A DNA stretch of 34,392 nt from Chiloscyllium plagiosum (lineage: Eukaryota), in contig NC_057758.1 in assembly GCF_004010195.1 (NCBI RefSeq), positions 9,729,481 to 9,763,872 on the forward strand, written 5' to 3'. The notes under the pieces were generated by a model. The model saw only the letters and a program-made list of their open reading frames with translations. It did not search any database and was not told the DNA's origin. The number at the start of each line of letters is the position of its first letter. Position 1 is the stretch's first letter. The translations under genes and the position numbers were made by a program. Of the stretch, positions 11,801-21,551 are shown piece by piece.

Positions 11801-13620
11801 ATGGTTGAGGGGTGGGTTAGTAAATTTGCAGATGACACAATGGTTGGAGGTGTCATCAATAGTCTCGAGGGCTACTGCAGGTTACAGCGCCACATAAATA
11901 GGATGCAGAACTTGGCTGAGAAATGGCAAAGGGAGTTCAGGCTGGATAAATGTGAAGTGATGCATTTTGGAAGGTCGAACTCGAATGCTGAATATAGGAT
12001 TAAAGACAGGATTCTTGGCAGTGTGGAGGAACAGAGGGATCTGGGTGTGCAAGTACATAGATCCCTCAAAGTTGCCACCCAAGTGGATAGAGTTGTTAAG
12101 AAAACCTATGGTGTTTTGGCTTTCATTAACAGGGGGATCGAGTTTAAGAGCCACGAGGTTTTGCTGCAGCTCTACAAGTCCCTGGTGAGACCACACTCGG
12201 AATATTGTGTTCAGTTCAGGTTGCCCTGCTATAGGAAAGATACAGTGGCTTTGGAGAGGGTGCAAAGAAGGTTTATCAGGATGCTGCCTGGGTTGAAGTC
12301 TTGCCTTATGAAGAAAGGTTGAATAAGCTCAGACTTTTCTCTCTGGAGAGAAGGAGGAAGAGAGGAGACCTGATCGAGTTATACAAGATAATGAGTGGAA
12401 TAGATAGAGTGAATAGCCAGAGACTTTTCCTCAGGGCAGGATTGACTGGTACAAGGAGTCATAGTTTGAAGATATTAGAAGGAAGTTATAAAGGAGACGT
12501 CAGAGGTAGGTAATTTATGCAGAGAGTTGTGAATGCATGGAATGAGTTGCCAGCGGTGGTGGTGGAAGCAGAGTCATTAGGGACATTTAAGCGACTGCTG
12601 GACATGCACATGGATAGCAGTGAGTTGAGGGGCGCGTAGGTTAAGTCACTACAGTTGACATTAGGATTAAACTTCAGCACAACATCATGAGCCAAAGGGC
12701 CTGTTCTGTGCTATACTTTTCTATGTTCTCTGTTCTATACCTGTTCATGTCTGGGCTCAGTCCTCATATCTCTTTACTAAATCTCCCTTCTCATCCTCTA
12801 AAAACTATTGTTTATCTTAGTCACTCTTTTTCATTTTATATATTTATAGAAACGTTTGCTATCTGGCTTTATATTCTGAGCTAGTTTACACTCATAATCT
12901 ATCTTACTTTTCTTTATAAGCTATTTTTGTGGCTTTCTGTTAACCTTTAAAATATTCACAATCTTCTAGTTTCCTGCTGGTCTTTGCTAGTTTGTCTGCC
13001 TTCTCCTACAATTTGATAAACTCCTATATTTCCTGACACATCCAGAGCAGATTACCCCCTTTCCTACAATCCTTTCTTTTAAGTAGTATATACTTTTGCT
13101 GAGCACTTTGGAAAATTGCTTTGAAAGTCCTCCACTGCCTATGAACTGTCCCACCACAAAGTATTTGCTTCCAGTCAACTTTAGACAAGTTCTTCCCCAT
13201 CCTACTGTAGTCTCCTTTCTGAAAGCACAGGACCCTGGTTTTGGATTATATCTTCTTGCTTCTCCATTTGTATTCTAAACGTCACCATATGGTGATTGCT
13301 CCTTCCAAGTGGAACGCTAACTATGAGATTATTAATTATTCCTGTCTCGGGACCAGATCTAGGATTGATTGCTCCCCCATTGCTTCCATGACATATTGTT
13401 CAAGAAAAGTATCGTGGAAACATTCAACGAACTCCTCCTCAAGACTACCCTGACCAACCTGGTTCGAACGATAGACGTTAAAATGAAAATCCCTCATGAT
13501 AATTGCTGTACCAATTTTACAGGCTTTAGTTATTTCTTTGCTTATTGCCCGCCCCACTGTGGTATTATTATTTGGTAACCTATAGACTATGCATATCAGT
13601 AACATTTTCTTCGTAGAATT
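8855..13620 (-). mobile_element. Older minus-strand CR1 (8855-9316 and 12737-13620), interrupted by a younger CR1
   Basis: Endonuclease motifs VYRLPN, IIMRDF and ILDLV at 13336-13605; SVLTVED..DKSPG..RVLKE at 9031-9309; FTQRVV 3' part at 8855-9030. The sequence resumes after 12737. Confidence 0.85.
9311..12737 (+). mobile_element. Near-full-length CR1 LINE (5'UTR, ORF1, ORF2, (TTCTATG)-type tail) with an internal deletion
   Basis: ORF1 from 9533 has a CxxC..CxxC zinc finger, leucine zipper and esterase motif VVGDSIVR. ORF2 has MGDFNFP, ILDLVL, NYRPVSL, PQGSVLGP, KFADDT. ORF1 jumps to mid-endonuclease at about 10088. Possible TSD ATAC(T/C)TG at 9313 and 12737. Confidence 0.95.
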
Positions 13621-13736
13621 TCTAATTTACACAGATATTAACATCTAGATTGGGCAGGTTGCCTTATGAAAAGTATGTTTTAACTCAGCTTTTATCCAGA
13701 AAGAGAGAATATATAGTGACAGAATTTTGTGGCACT

Positions 13737-14096
13737 GTTGTGGCTTTGAGAGGTGTGTTTTGTCATGGTTTCTTTTGGAGAGAGTTTGGGGGACAGGGTC
13801 CAAGGATTCTATGAGAAGACAAACGAGTTGTGAGGCCTTGGCATTTTTCATTAATAATTGGAGCAATAGAAGCAACCCTGAATGGGTGTGATCACCCTCT
13901 GAAGCAGGGATTTAAGATTCAGCTTTCCATAGTTGTTGCTGAGGTCTCAGCAGAATTGGAGGGTAGTGAATCTCTCCTGGCTGATAAACACTTTCTCTCT
14001 GCATTTTCTGTGACTATTATTCCTCCTGAGCAAAATTTGCCTTTGGCCAAGGCGTTGTCCATGGCATGTTGCTATATTGTAACAGTTCCTGTTTAG
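13737..14096 (+). mobile_element. Probable older LTR fragment of a different family
   Basis: Starts TGTTGTGGCTTTG, is non-coding and abuts the solo LTR; assignment is from recalled resemblance only. Confidence 0.35.
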
Positions 14097-14813
14097 TGTT
14101 ATGAAGATATGAGTGTACTGTACTTTTAAGAGAATTACAAGCTGGCAAAAACTACCTGACAGCACCAAGTGTTTCGAAAAAAAGATAAATGTAACATTTG
14201 GTTGAACAACTCAATTAGATGGTTGCCTGGAGACAAAAACAAATTCAAATTCAGGCAATCTGTTTAAATTATACTCCAAAATACCCACCTCCAATCAAGT
14301 TTGAATTGAGTATATTAACAATGTTAAAAGCCAATGACACAATCTGATGCTTTGGGGGTAAAAGACCAGGGAAACTTGAACAGTTGGGAAAAGGACTGCC
14401 AAGCCCAGCATGTAAACAGACTGCCTGAACAATAGCTCTCTTAAATGTACCTCTACTGATCAGAAACCTCTGACACAGAATTTCTAAGAAGAAGAAAAGA
14501 AGACACAGGAAAATCCAAATAGAAGAACTGAAAGCTGCCTGGTTCTGAGATAAGAAGCTTAGTTTTGTAAATCTCAATTGGGAGTTTTATTGAACTAGAA
14601 TTATACAATGGAAGGTAAAAGATAGGTTAGAGTAAGGACTTGTAAATAGTTGTTAGCTAATTATTCTCTGTTATACGTTAAGAAATAAAATTGTTAATTT
14701 TTACTTTAACTAGTTCTTGGTCTATCGAATTTTTACAGATTACTGAACAGGATAAATCTTTTCTGTGTTGCCGGTTTTAAATTAAGCAGGAGAGTTTACC
14801 CCGTGTCGTAACA
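14097..14813 (+). mobile_element. Solo LTR of the Gmr1-like Gypsy family (717 bp)
   Basis: TGTTA...TAACA termini; colinear with the LTR at 28064-28783 (-); flanks TTAG/TTAA (degenerate 4-bp TSD); CCAAT at 14291, AATAAA at 14684. Confidence 0.9.
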
Positions 14814-15869
14814 TTAATTACAGAGTCATAGGTTCCAACAGCATGGAGACAGACCAAACAGACCCAAACCGGTTCACGCCGACCAAAATGTACGTTCATG
14901 CTAAACCCATTTCCCTGCGCTTGGCCAATATCCTTCTAATCCTTTCCGATCCATGTATTTGTCTAAATGCCTTTTAAGTATTGTTAATGGATCTGGCTCA
15001 GCCATTTCCACTGGCTGCTCATTCCATATATGTACCACCCTCTGTGTAAAACAGTTGTGTCTCAGATTCTCTTTTGTTCTTTCCCCGAACCTTAAATTGA
15101 TGTCCTCCAGTTCTTGATTCCTCGGCCTGGGAATAAGATTGGATGCATTCACTATATCCATGCTACTCATCATCTTATACACTTCCGTAAGGTCCCCCCT
15201 CAGTATCCTATGCTCTAAAGAAAAATAATTCTAGCTTGTCAAACCTGTCCCTTCAACTCAGACCATTGAGTCCAGGCAACATCTTTGTAATTTTTACCTG
15301 CACTCTTTCTAGTTTAATAATATCCCTCCTATAGCAAAGTGCGCAAAACTGAGCACAATGCTCCAAGTTCAGTCTGAACAACATTCTGTACAACTGCAAA
15401 ATAACTTTCCAACTTCTGCACTCACTGTCCTGTGTGATGAAGGCTAGTGTGTCACAAGCCTTCTTCACTGTCCTGTCTACCCGTGACTCCACTTTCAGAG
15501 AACCAAACATCTGAATTCCAACGTCCCTCTGTTCCACTACACTGCTAAAGGCCCTGCCATTCACCATTAAACTCCTACTTTGATTGGACTTTCCAAAATG
15601 CAAGACCTCACACTTATCTACATTAAATCTCATTTGCCATTTCCTGGCCCACTTCCCCAGCTGATCAAGGTTCTGCTGCAATTTCTGATAACCTTCTTGA
15701 CTTTCCCTATTGCCGTCTATTTTAGTGTCATCAGCAAATGTACAAATCATGCCTTGTCCTTTCTCATCTAAATCATTGATATTGATAACAACAGCAAAAG
15801 GCCCAGCACCAACCCCTGAGGTACTTCATTAGTCACAGCTTTCAGTCCAACAGGTATTCCTCCACTATT

Positions 15870-16437
15870 CTGGATCAATGGTGCTGGAAGAGCACAGCAA
15901 TTCAGGCAGCATCCGAGGAGCTTCGAAATCGACGTTTCGGGCAAAAGCCCTTCATCAGGAATAAAGGCAGAGAGCCTGAAGCGTGGAGAGATAAGCTAGA
16001 GGAGGGTGGGGGTGGGGATAGAGTAGCATAGAGTACAATAGGTCAGTGGGGGAGGAGATGAAGGTGATAGGTCAGGGAGGAGAGGGTGGAGTGGATAGGT
16101 GGAAAAGGAGCTGGGCAGGTCGGACAAGTCCGGACAAGTCAAGGGGGACAGTGTTGCTGGAGGTTAGAAACTAGGATGAGGTGGGGGAAGGGGAAATGAG
16201 GAAACTGTTGAAATCCACATTGATGCCCTGGGGTTGAAGTGTTCCGAGGCGGAAGATGAGGCGTTCTTCCTCCAGGCGTCTGGTGGTGAGGGAGCAGCGG
16301 TGAAGGAGGCCCAGCACCTCCATATCCTCGGCAGAGTGGGAGGGGGAGTTGAAATGTTGAGCCACGGGGCGGTTTGGTTGATTGGTGCGGGTGTCTCGGA
16401 GATGTTCCCTAAAGCGCTCTGCTAGGAGGCGCCCAGT
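15870..16437 (-). mobile_element. 5'-truncated Penelope-like element (GIY-YIG C-terminus and pseudo-LTR)
   Basis: AQHFNSPSHS..EEERLIFRLGTLQPQGIN; hammerhead in the terminus; flanking direct repeat TCCACTATT at 15861-15869 and 16449-16457. Confidence 0.9.
15927..15962 (-). ncRNA. Minimal type I hammerhead ribozyme motif
   Basis: Minus strand ATTC-CTGATGA-A-GGGC-TTTT-GCCC-GAAA-CG-TC-GATT: intact core, 4-bp stem II, ACGT palindrome. Confidence 0.8.
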
Positions 16438-16950
16438 ACCTTTATCCTTCCACTATTACCCTCTGCTTCCTACCATCAAGCCAATTGCGTATCCAATTTG
16501 CCAGCTCCCCAATGATTCCACGGAATCTAACATTCACGAGCAGCCTAACATGTGAAAACTTACAAAGGCCTTAATGCAATCCATTTCAATTATGTCTACC
16601 AACCTCCCCTCATCAACCTTCCTGGTCACTTCATCAAAGAGCTCGAACAAATTAGTAAGGCATGATGTCACATTCACAAAACCATGTTGCCTACTGCTCA
16701 TGAAACAGGGTCTTTCCAAACCAATGTATATCTTATCCCTCAGAACCTTGTCAAGTAACTTACCTACCACAAATGTTAGGCTTATTGGTTTATAGTTCCC
16801 AGGCTTCCCTTGCAGCTCTTCTTGAATAATGGCACAAGTTTAACAACAAGATGTAAAATAATATTTTTCTGTTAAGTTTTCCATTAAAGTTATCCCAAGT
16901 TCCTCCTTCATTTGTTGTATTTTATCTATATTGTTTGAATAACTTAGGTT

Positions 16951-17290
16951 GAGTGGGACAACACACATCCTAGGACAGGCGAATCAAAAACATGCAGGAG
17001 AATTCTTAGAGGCATGGAACCTTAACCAGAACTACATCAATAAACACATCGACTTAGATCCTATCTACCTTTCCTTGAAAAAGAGAACCAGAAATGACAT
17101 CACCCACCTTAAGAAACCAAGACCTATAAATAGGGAGGCGGGACATACCACCAGCACTTCACCAGAGACTCTCACTGATGATGTTACCTAATATGATTCT
17201 GAAACATCTGAAAACAAATCTTCAAGTTCAAAGAGCTAACTTACAGACTTATCATCAACCTGAGTTACACATCTTCTCAAAAATCACTAA
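16951..17290 (+). mobile_element. Second PLE family 3' fragment with a decayed hammerhead (17172-17211)
   Basis: ILGQANQKHAGEFLEAW...INKHIDLDPIY (GIY-YIG C-terminus); TCA-CTGATGA-...-GAAA-CA-TC-TGA. Confidence 0.8.
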
Positions 17291-17449
17291 TGTAGGTTTT
17301 GCTTAACATCGAGTAATTTGTCTAAATGAATCACAACTCAAACGCAGCATCTTACATTTTCTTGTAAAATAAGAAAACAATACTGCCTGGGCTATCTTCT
17401 AAATGTATTTTCAGAGGGTCTGGTATGGTCAAGTAAAACACAAGACTGC

Positions 17450-17760
17450 GCTAAGGGATCTTGTCAGGATGCATGTAGGGAGCTTGTTTCCTCTGGTGCA
17501 CCAATCTAGAATCTGGGTACTGTTTAAAGTTAACCGGTTTGAGACATAGGTTAGAATCATTTATATTTTCTTGCAATTCTTTAAAATGTAATAGAATCAA
17601 AGTCGTGTATATTTCTAAGGCAAAAGTAAACAGGCAAAGAGGTAAGGAGAGGAAGGCAGAAAGATGGAGTAACCAAGTTAGCCACTTATTGAATGAGCGA
17701 CAGAGCATTCTCGAGAGGCTAAGAGGCCTACAGCTCTCCTAATTTGTACGTTCTTGTGTA
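17450..17760 (+). mobile_element. Old CR1 3' end remnant
   Basis: TTGTTTCCTCTGG..TCTAGAA and terminal GGCCTACAGCTCTCCTAATTTGTACGTTCTTGTG. Confidence 0.55.
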
Positions 17761-17986
17761 TGCGTTCAGAGAAGATTGAATGAGCAGAAAAACCACAGGG
17801 AGCTTTGTGAATTAAAGATGACATTGGTATAATGGAGAAAGATGACTTTAGTTCTGAAGATCAGATGTAGCAAAAATGTTCAGTTAGAGATCAGAATTAG
17901 TGAAGTTAGAAATTTCTTGTGGGAGTGGTTTCTGCCCTCCTAAGAGTAATCACACAGTAGATGGGGTATTCAGAAAGAAATCTTCG

Positions 17987-18633
17987 AGGAGAAAGTGAGG
18001 TCTGCAGATGCTGGAGATCAAAGTTGAAACTTTATTGCTGGAACAGCACAGCAGGTCAGGCAGCATCCAGGGAACAGGAGATTCGACGTTTCGGGCACAG
18101 GCCCTTCTTCAGAGAGCACCTCTGGGCCACCCGGACGAACCAACCCAACCAACCTGTGGCACAGCATTTCAACTCCCCCTCCCACTCCACCGAGGATATG
18201 CAGGTCATTGGACTCATCCACCGCCAAACCACAACAACCCGACGGTCGGAGGAGGAGCGTCTTATCTTCCGACTGGGAACCCTCCAACCGCAGGGGATGA
18301 ACTTGGACTTCACCAGCTTCTTCATCCCCCCTCCCCCCACCTTGTCTCAGCCGGATCCCTCCAGCCCAGCACCGCCTTCCTGACCTGCAGTCTTCTTCTT
18401 GACCTCTCCGCCTCCATCCTACTCCGACCTATCACCCTCACCTTGACCTCTTTCCACCTATCACATTTCCAACGCCCCTCCTCCAAGTCCCTCCTCCCTA
18501 CCTTTTATCTTCTCCTGCTGAACACTCTCTGCTCATTCCTGAAGAAGGGCCTGTGCCCGAAACGTCGAATCTCCTGTTCCCTGGATGCTGCCTGACCTGC
18601 TGTGCTGTTCCAGCAATAAAGTTTCAACTTTGA
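17987..18633 (+). mobile_element. Young Penelope-like element with an inverted partial pseudo-LTR at its 5' end
   Basis: About 95-bp perfect inverted repeat (about 18018-18112 vs 18539-18633); FREHL..VAQHFNSPSHS..LIFRLGTLQPQGMN in between; about 30-nt extra tail only on the left arm. Confidence 0.95.
18535..18570 (+). ncRNA. Minimal type I hammerhead ribozyme motif (predicted cleavage after GUC at 18566)
   Basis: ATTC-CTGAAGA-A-GGGC-CTGT-GCCC-GAAA-CG-TC-GAAT: stem I ATTC/GAAT, stem II GGGC/GCCC, palindromic ACGT stem III. Confidence 0.85.
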
Positions 18634-19504
18634 TATCCAAATGAATCCAACAAGAACTGGACCAAGCATATGTGGTACTCATAATCTTCTTCATCCTAAG
18701 TATACGCATGATTTTACTACAACTGCTAAGTATTTCATCAGTAATATTTTCAGCAACATAACACAAAACATCGCAGATAAGAAAAACTGCAGCATATTAA
18801 CATGCCAAATTTCCCCTAAAGTAAATGCATTAAAATTCCATCAAATTTGACAATATTGTTATGTATTTGGCTTTAAGGGGTTAACACGTAGGGGGTTCCA
18901 TACAACAGCCAAGCAGGGTGAGATCAATAGTTGTGATGTTGAGAAGATATGCTCTTCTTCATTAGGGTAAATAAAACCACAGAAAGTAGACAAAATCAAA
19001 CACAAAATATTGCTGAGGAAAGGAGTGAACAAAGACAGAAATGGGAACTATTTAAATGTAAATCTATGATTCGCTCCAGTAATAATATCTAACAATATTC
19101 AATATCTAGGATCATACCAAAAGAGTACTTTGAAGTATTAAAGGGATTTTCTGCTATCTAGTGATCTCTGAGGCATGAAGTTTCCCTTTCTTGATATGTG
19201 CAAGATCAAGACAAACACTAGGCATACAGTAACAGTGATATCACCGCAGGGAGTTGGCAGCCAATTACACTGAAGTATTCTCAAACAGCAAATCAGAAAG
19301 TAAAATGCAGTAAAATCTTCTACTCAATTAAAATTTCCACAGAGTAAATACAAATCATCAGTGATACACATGGGATTAAAGTAGCTGAAATATCATAACT
19401 TTTTTTTAAATTTGAAAAAAACATTATTGCCATAATAATGGCAAAAAAGCATCCCAGTGATATAACATTAGATTTCTATGAGTAACTATTGAGTTATTAA
19501 AATT

Positions 19505-20040
19505 AAATTGCATTTATATAGTAACTGTTATGGCCACAGAAAGATCCAAAATGCTTTACAGCCAATAAAGTACTTTGGAAGTACAGTCAGTGTTGACACA
19601 TAGCAGGCAATTTACATGTAGCAAGCTCCCACAAAAAGAAATGCTGTACTAATTATTGAAAAAATATTGACTATGACACCTGGAACAACTTTCTCATCAG
19701 TGGTGAGGTTCTGGAACCCACGAGTTCAAAGGGTAATACAGGCAAAAACCATAATCACATTAAAACATGCGGTGGAACAGTCAATGGGTTTAGGAATCAA
19801 AATTTGGAGAGTGGGATTAGTGTGACGAGGTATTCATCGACTGGTATGGACATAATGTGCCAGACGACTACCTTCTGTGCATGAAATCTTACTGTGTTTT
19901 CTATGTATCTATAACTCTTATTAAAAATAGTGCCATTGGCTCTTCTATGTCTACATTAGAGGACAGACAGGCCTTCACTTAGTAGGCTCTCGTCAAAAAG
20001 ATAGCAGCTTAAATCTTCCAACTTCCCTCACTGGATTGGA
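19505..20040 (-). mobile_element. Ancient Deu-domain SINE (SacSINE1/AmnSINE1-like), interrupted by an old CR1 3' piece at about 19695-19915
   Basis: TTGCATTTATATAG, AATGCTTTACAGCCAATAAAGTACTTTGGAAGT, GCAAGCTCCCACAAA and AAATAGTGCCATTGGCTCTT match my recollection of the DeuSINE consensus. Confidence 0.7.
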
Positions 20041-20387
20041 ATGTGTTGCTGGAAAAGCGCAGCAGGTCAGGCAGCATCCAGGGAACAGGAGAATCGACGT
20101 TTCGGGCATAAACCCTTCTTCAGGAATGAGGAAAGTTTGTCCAGCAGGCTAAGATAAAAGGTAGGGAGGAGGGACTTGGGGGAGGGGCGTCGGAAATGTG
20201 ATAGGTGGAAAGAGGTCAAGGTGAGGGTGATAGGCCAGACTGGGGTGGGGGCGGAGAGGTCGGGAAGAAGATTGCAGGTTAGGAAGGCGGTGCTGAGTTC
20301 GATGGATTTGACTGAGACAAGGTGGGAGGAGGGGAAATGAAATTTTCAGCTCTGATCTCCAGCATCTGCAGACCTCACTTTCTCCTA
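20040..20387 (-). mobile_element. Short PLE copy (pseudo-LTR only) with the terminal tail inverted at the opposite end
   Basis: 20040-20340 is the reverse complement of the 18330-18615 type sequence; 20342-20387 (ATTTTCAGCTCTGATCTCCAGCATCTGCAGACCTCACTTTCTCCT) is the missing tail in the opposite orientation. Confidence 0.9.
20092..20127 (-). ncRNA. Minimal type I hammerhead ribozyme motif
   Basis: Minus strand ATTC-CTGAAGA-A-GGGT-TTAT-GCCC-GAAA-CG-TC-GATT. Confidence 0.75.
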
Positions 20388-20474
20388 GCCATAGTGAAGC
20401 CACACAGTGTCTAACTCAATGACTCGTCTCTGGTAAATACGAACGTTGTTGATCTCCTCTTGTGTTGAAATCAG

Positions 20475-20606
20475 AAACAGACATGAAGGTGACAATTGGA
20501 AGCCACCCACCCTGCACTGAGACTGAAGCCAGCCGTCTCTGGTTTGATGTTTTCAAGAAAGACCTTTATATCTGCGATGGGAAGATTTGGGTGTCAATCT
20601 TACAAG
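20475..20606 (+). CDS. TSPEAR: Internal coding exon of thrombospondin-type laminin G domain and EAR repeat-containing protein (linker between TSP-N/LamG and EAR repeats)
   Basis: Acceptor ..TCTCCTCTTGTGTTGAAATCAG| and donor AAG|GTAATG; 132 nt, phase 1-1. Translates (E)TDMKVTIGSHPPCTETEASRLWFDVFKKDLYICDGKIWVSILQ, which aligns without gaps to human [50 protein letters not shown] (human sequence recalled from memory). Confidence 0.93.
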
Positions 20607-20739
20607 GTAATGCAACAATATCATTAAGGTAGAGATGGATTGTTTGTAGTGCCACCCCTCAGTGAAGTTGTTAATGAATAAATAGAATACATAAAGAAAG
20701 AAAGTCACATTTGTATGAACCTCAGCAAGGCTCATTACG

Positions 20740-21320
20740 GTCAATGAAATTTTTTTTACTCAGCCAATGAAACAGGGCACAATAAGCTCCCACAAACAGC
20801 AATATGATAGTTGCCAAGTGACCTGCTTTTGCAATGTTGATTGGTCAGGACTCCAGGGTTAACTCCCTTACTATTCTTTAAAATTGTGCTATGGTATCTT
20901 CTCCCTCCACTTGAGAGGATAGAATCATAGAATCCCTACAGTGTGGAAACAGGCCCTTCAGCTCAACAAATCCACACCAATCTTCTGAAGATCCATTCCC
21001 CTATCCTATTATCCTATACTTACCCGTGACTAATGCACCTAACCTGAACATTATGACAATTTAGCATGACCAGTTCACGTACCCTGCATGTCTTTGGATT
21101 GTGGGAGGAAACCTGAGCACCCAGAGGAAACCCACACAGACATGGGGAGAATGTACTGTCGCCCAACGGTAGAATCAAATGCAATACCCTGGTGCTGTGA
21201 GACAGCAGTGCTAACCACTGAGCTACCATGCCAGATAGATGCGACCTTTTTTCTTAACAATTCGCCTCTGACTGCACACCCCTGCTCAGGACTACACTGG
21301 GGTATCAACCCAGATTAGAA
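20740..21320 (-). mobile_element. Second Deu-domain SINE, split by an HE1 SINE
   Basis: CAGCCAATGAA, AAGCTCCCACAAACAGCAAT and AAATTGTGCTATGGTATCTT parallel the 19505-20040 copy; it resumes after 21233. Confidence 0.65.
20920..21232 (-). mobile_element. HE1 V-SINE (older copy)
   Basis: tRNA-like head (GGTAGCTCAGTGGTTAGCACTGCTG), V-domain, CR1-type tail; possible TSD GATAG at 20918 and 21234. Confidence 0.9.
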
Positions 21321-21482
21321 CTTTCTAAAGAGGCATTTTGCCCACAATATTGTAAATCAGCGTTCAGGGTTCAAGTAGTGAGTCACGCTAATTCAGAGTG
21401 CATCAGTGCTGAACGGTACTGTCTTCCATGTGCGTCAATGATCAGATAAAGGTCTCTGAGTGTTGAATAAATTATCCCCTCC

Positions 21483-21551
21483 CCACACAACACATACACA
21501 CACACCCACTCTCTTTCTGTTTCACACACACACGTATACACACACACACAC
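21483..21551 (+). repeat. Imperfect (CA)n microsatellite running into the gap
   Basis: CACACA runs visible directly in the sequence. Confidence 0.9.

Larger units (their letters stand above)
14820..16840 (-). mobile_element. CR1 LINE fragment (RT to 3' end) interrupted by a PLE
   Basis: Peptides VGKLLDKVLRD..QHGF (16534-16770), FADDTKI..KCEVLHFG (15253-15750), FTQRVV (14901-15182). Confidence 0.9.

Noticed and set aside
11549..12322. Intact 257-aa (and 236-aa at 3495) reverse transcriptase genes
   Set aside because: Fragments of frameshifted CR1 ORF2, with no sign of domestication.
17987..18633. DNA transposon or MITE interpretation of the long inverted repeats
   Set aside because: The interior encodes a PLE GIY-YIG C-terminus, and the repeats are asymmetric PLE termini.
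18640..18830. Minus-strand exon-like open frames after a TTTAG acceptor
   Set aside because: No convincing donor, AT-rich, and no recognisable homology.
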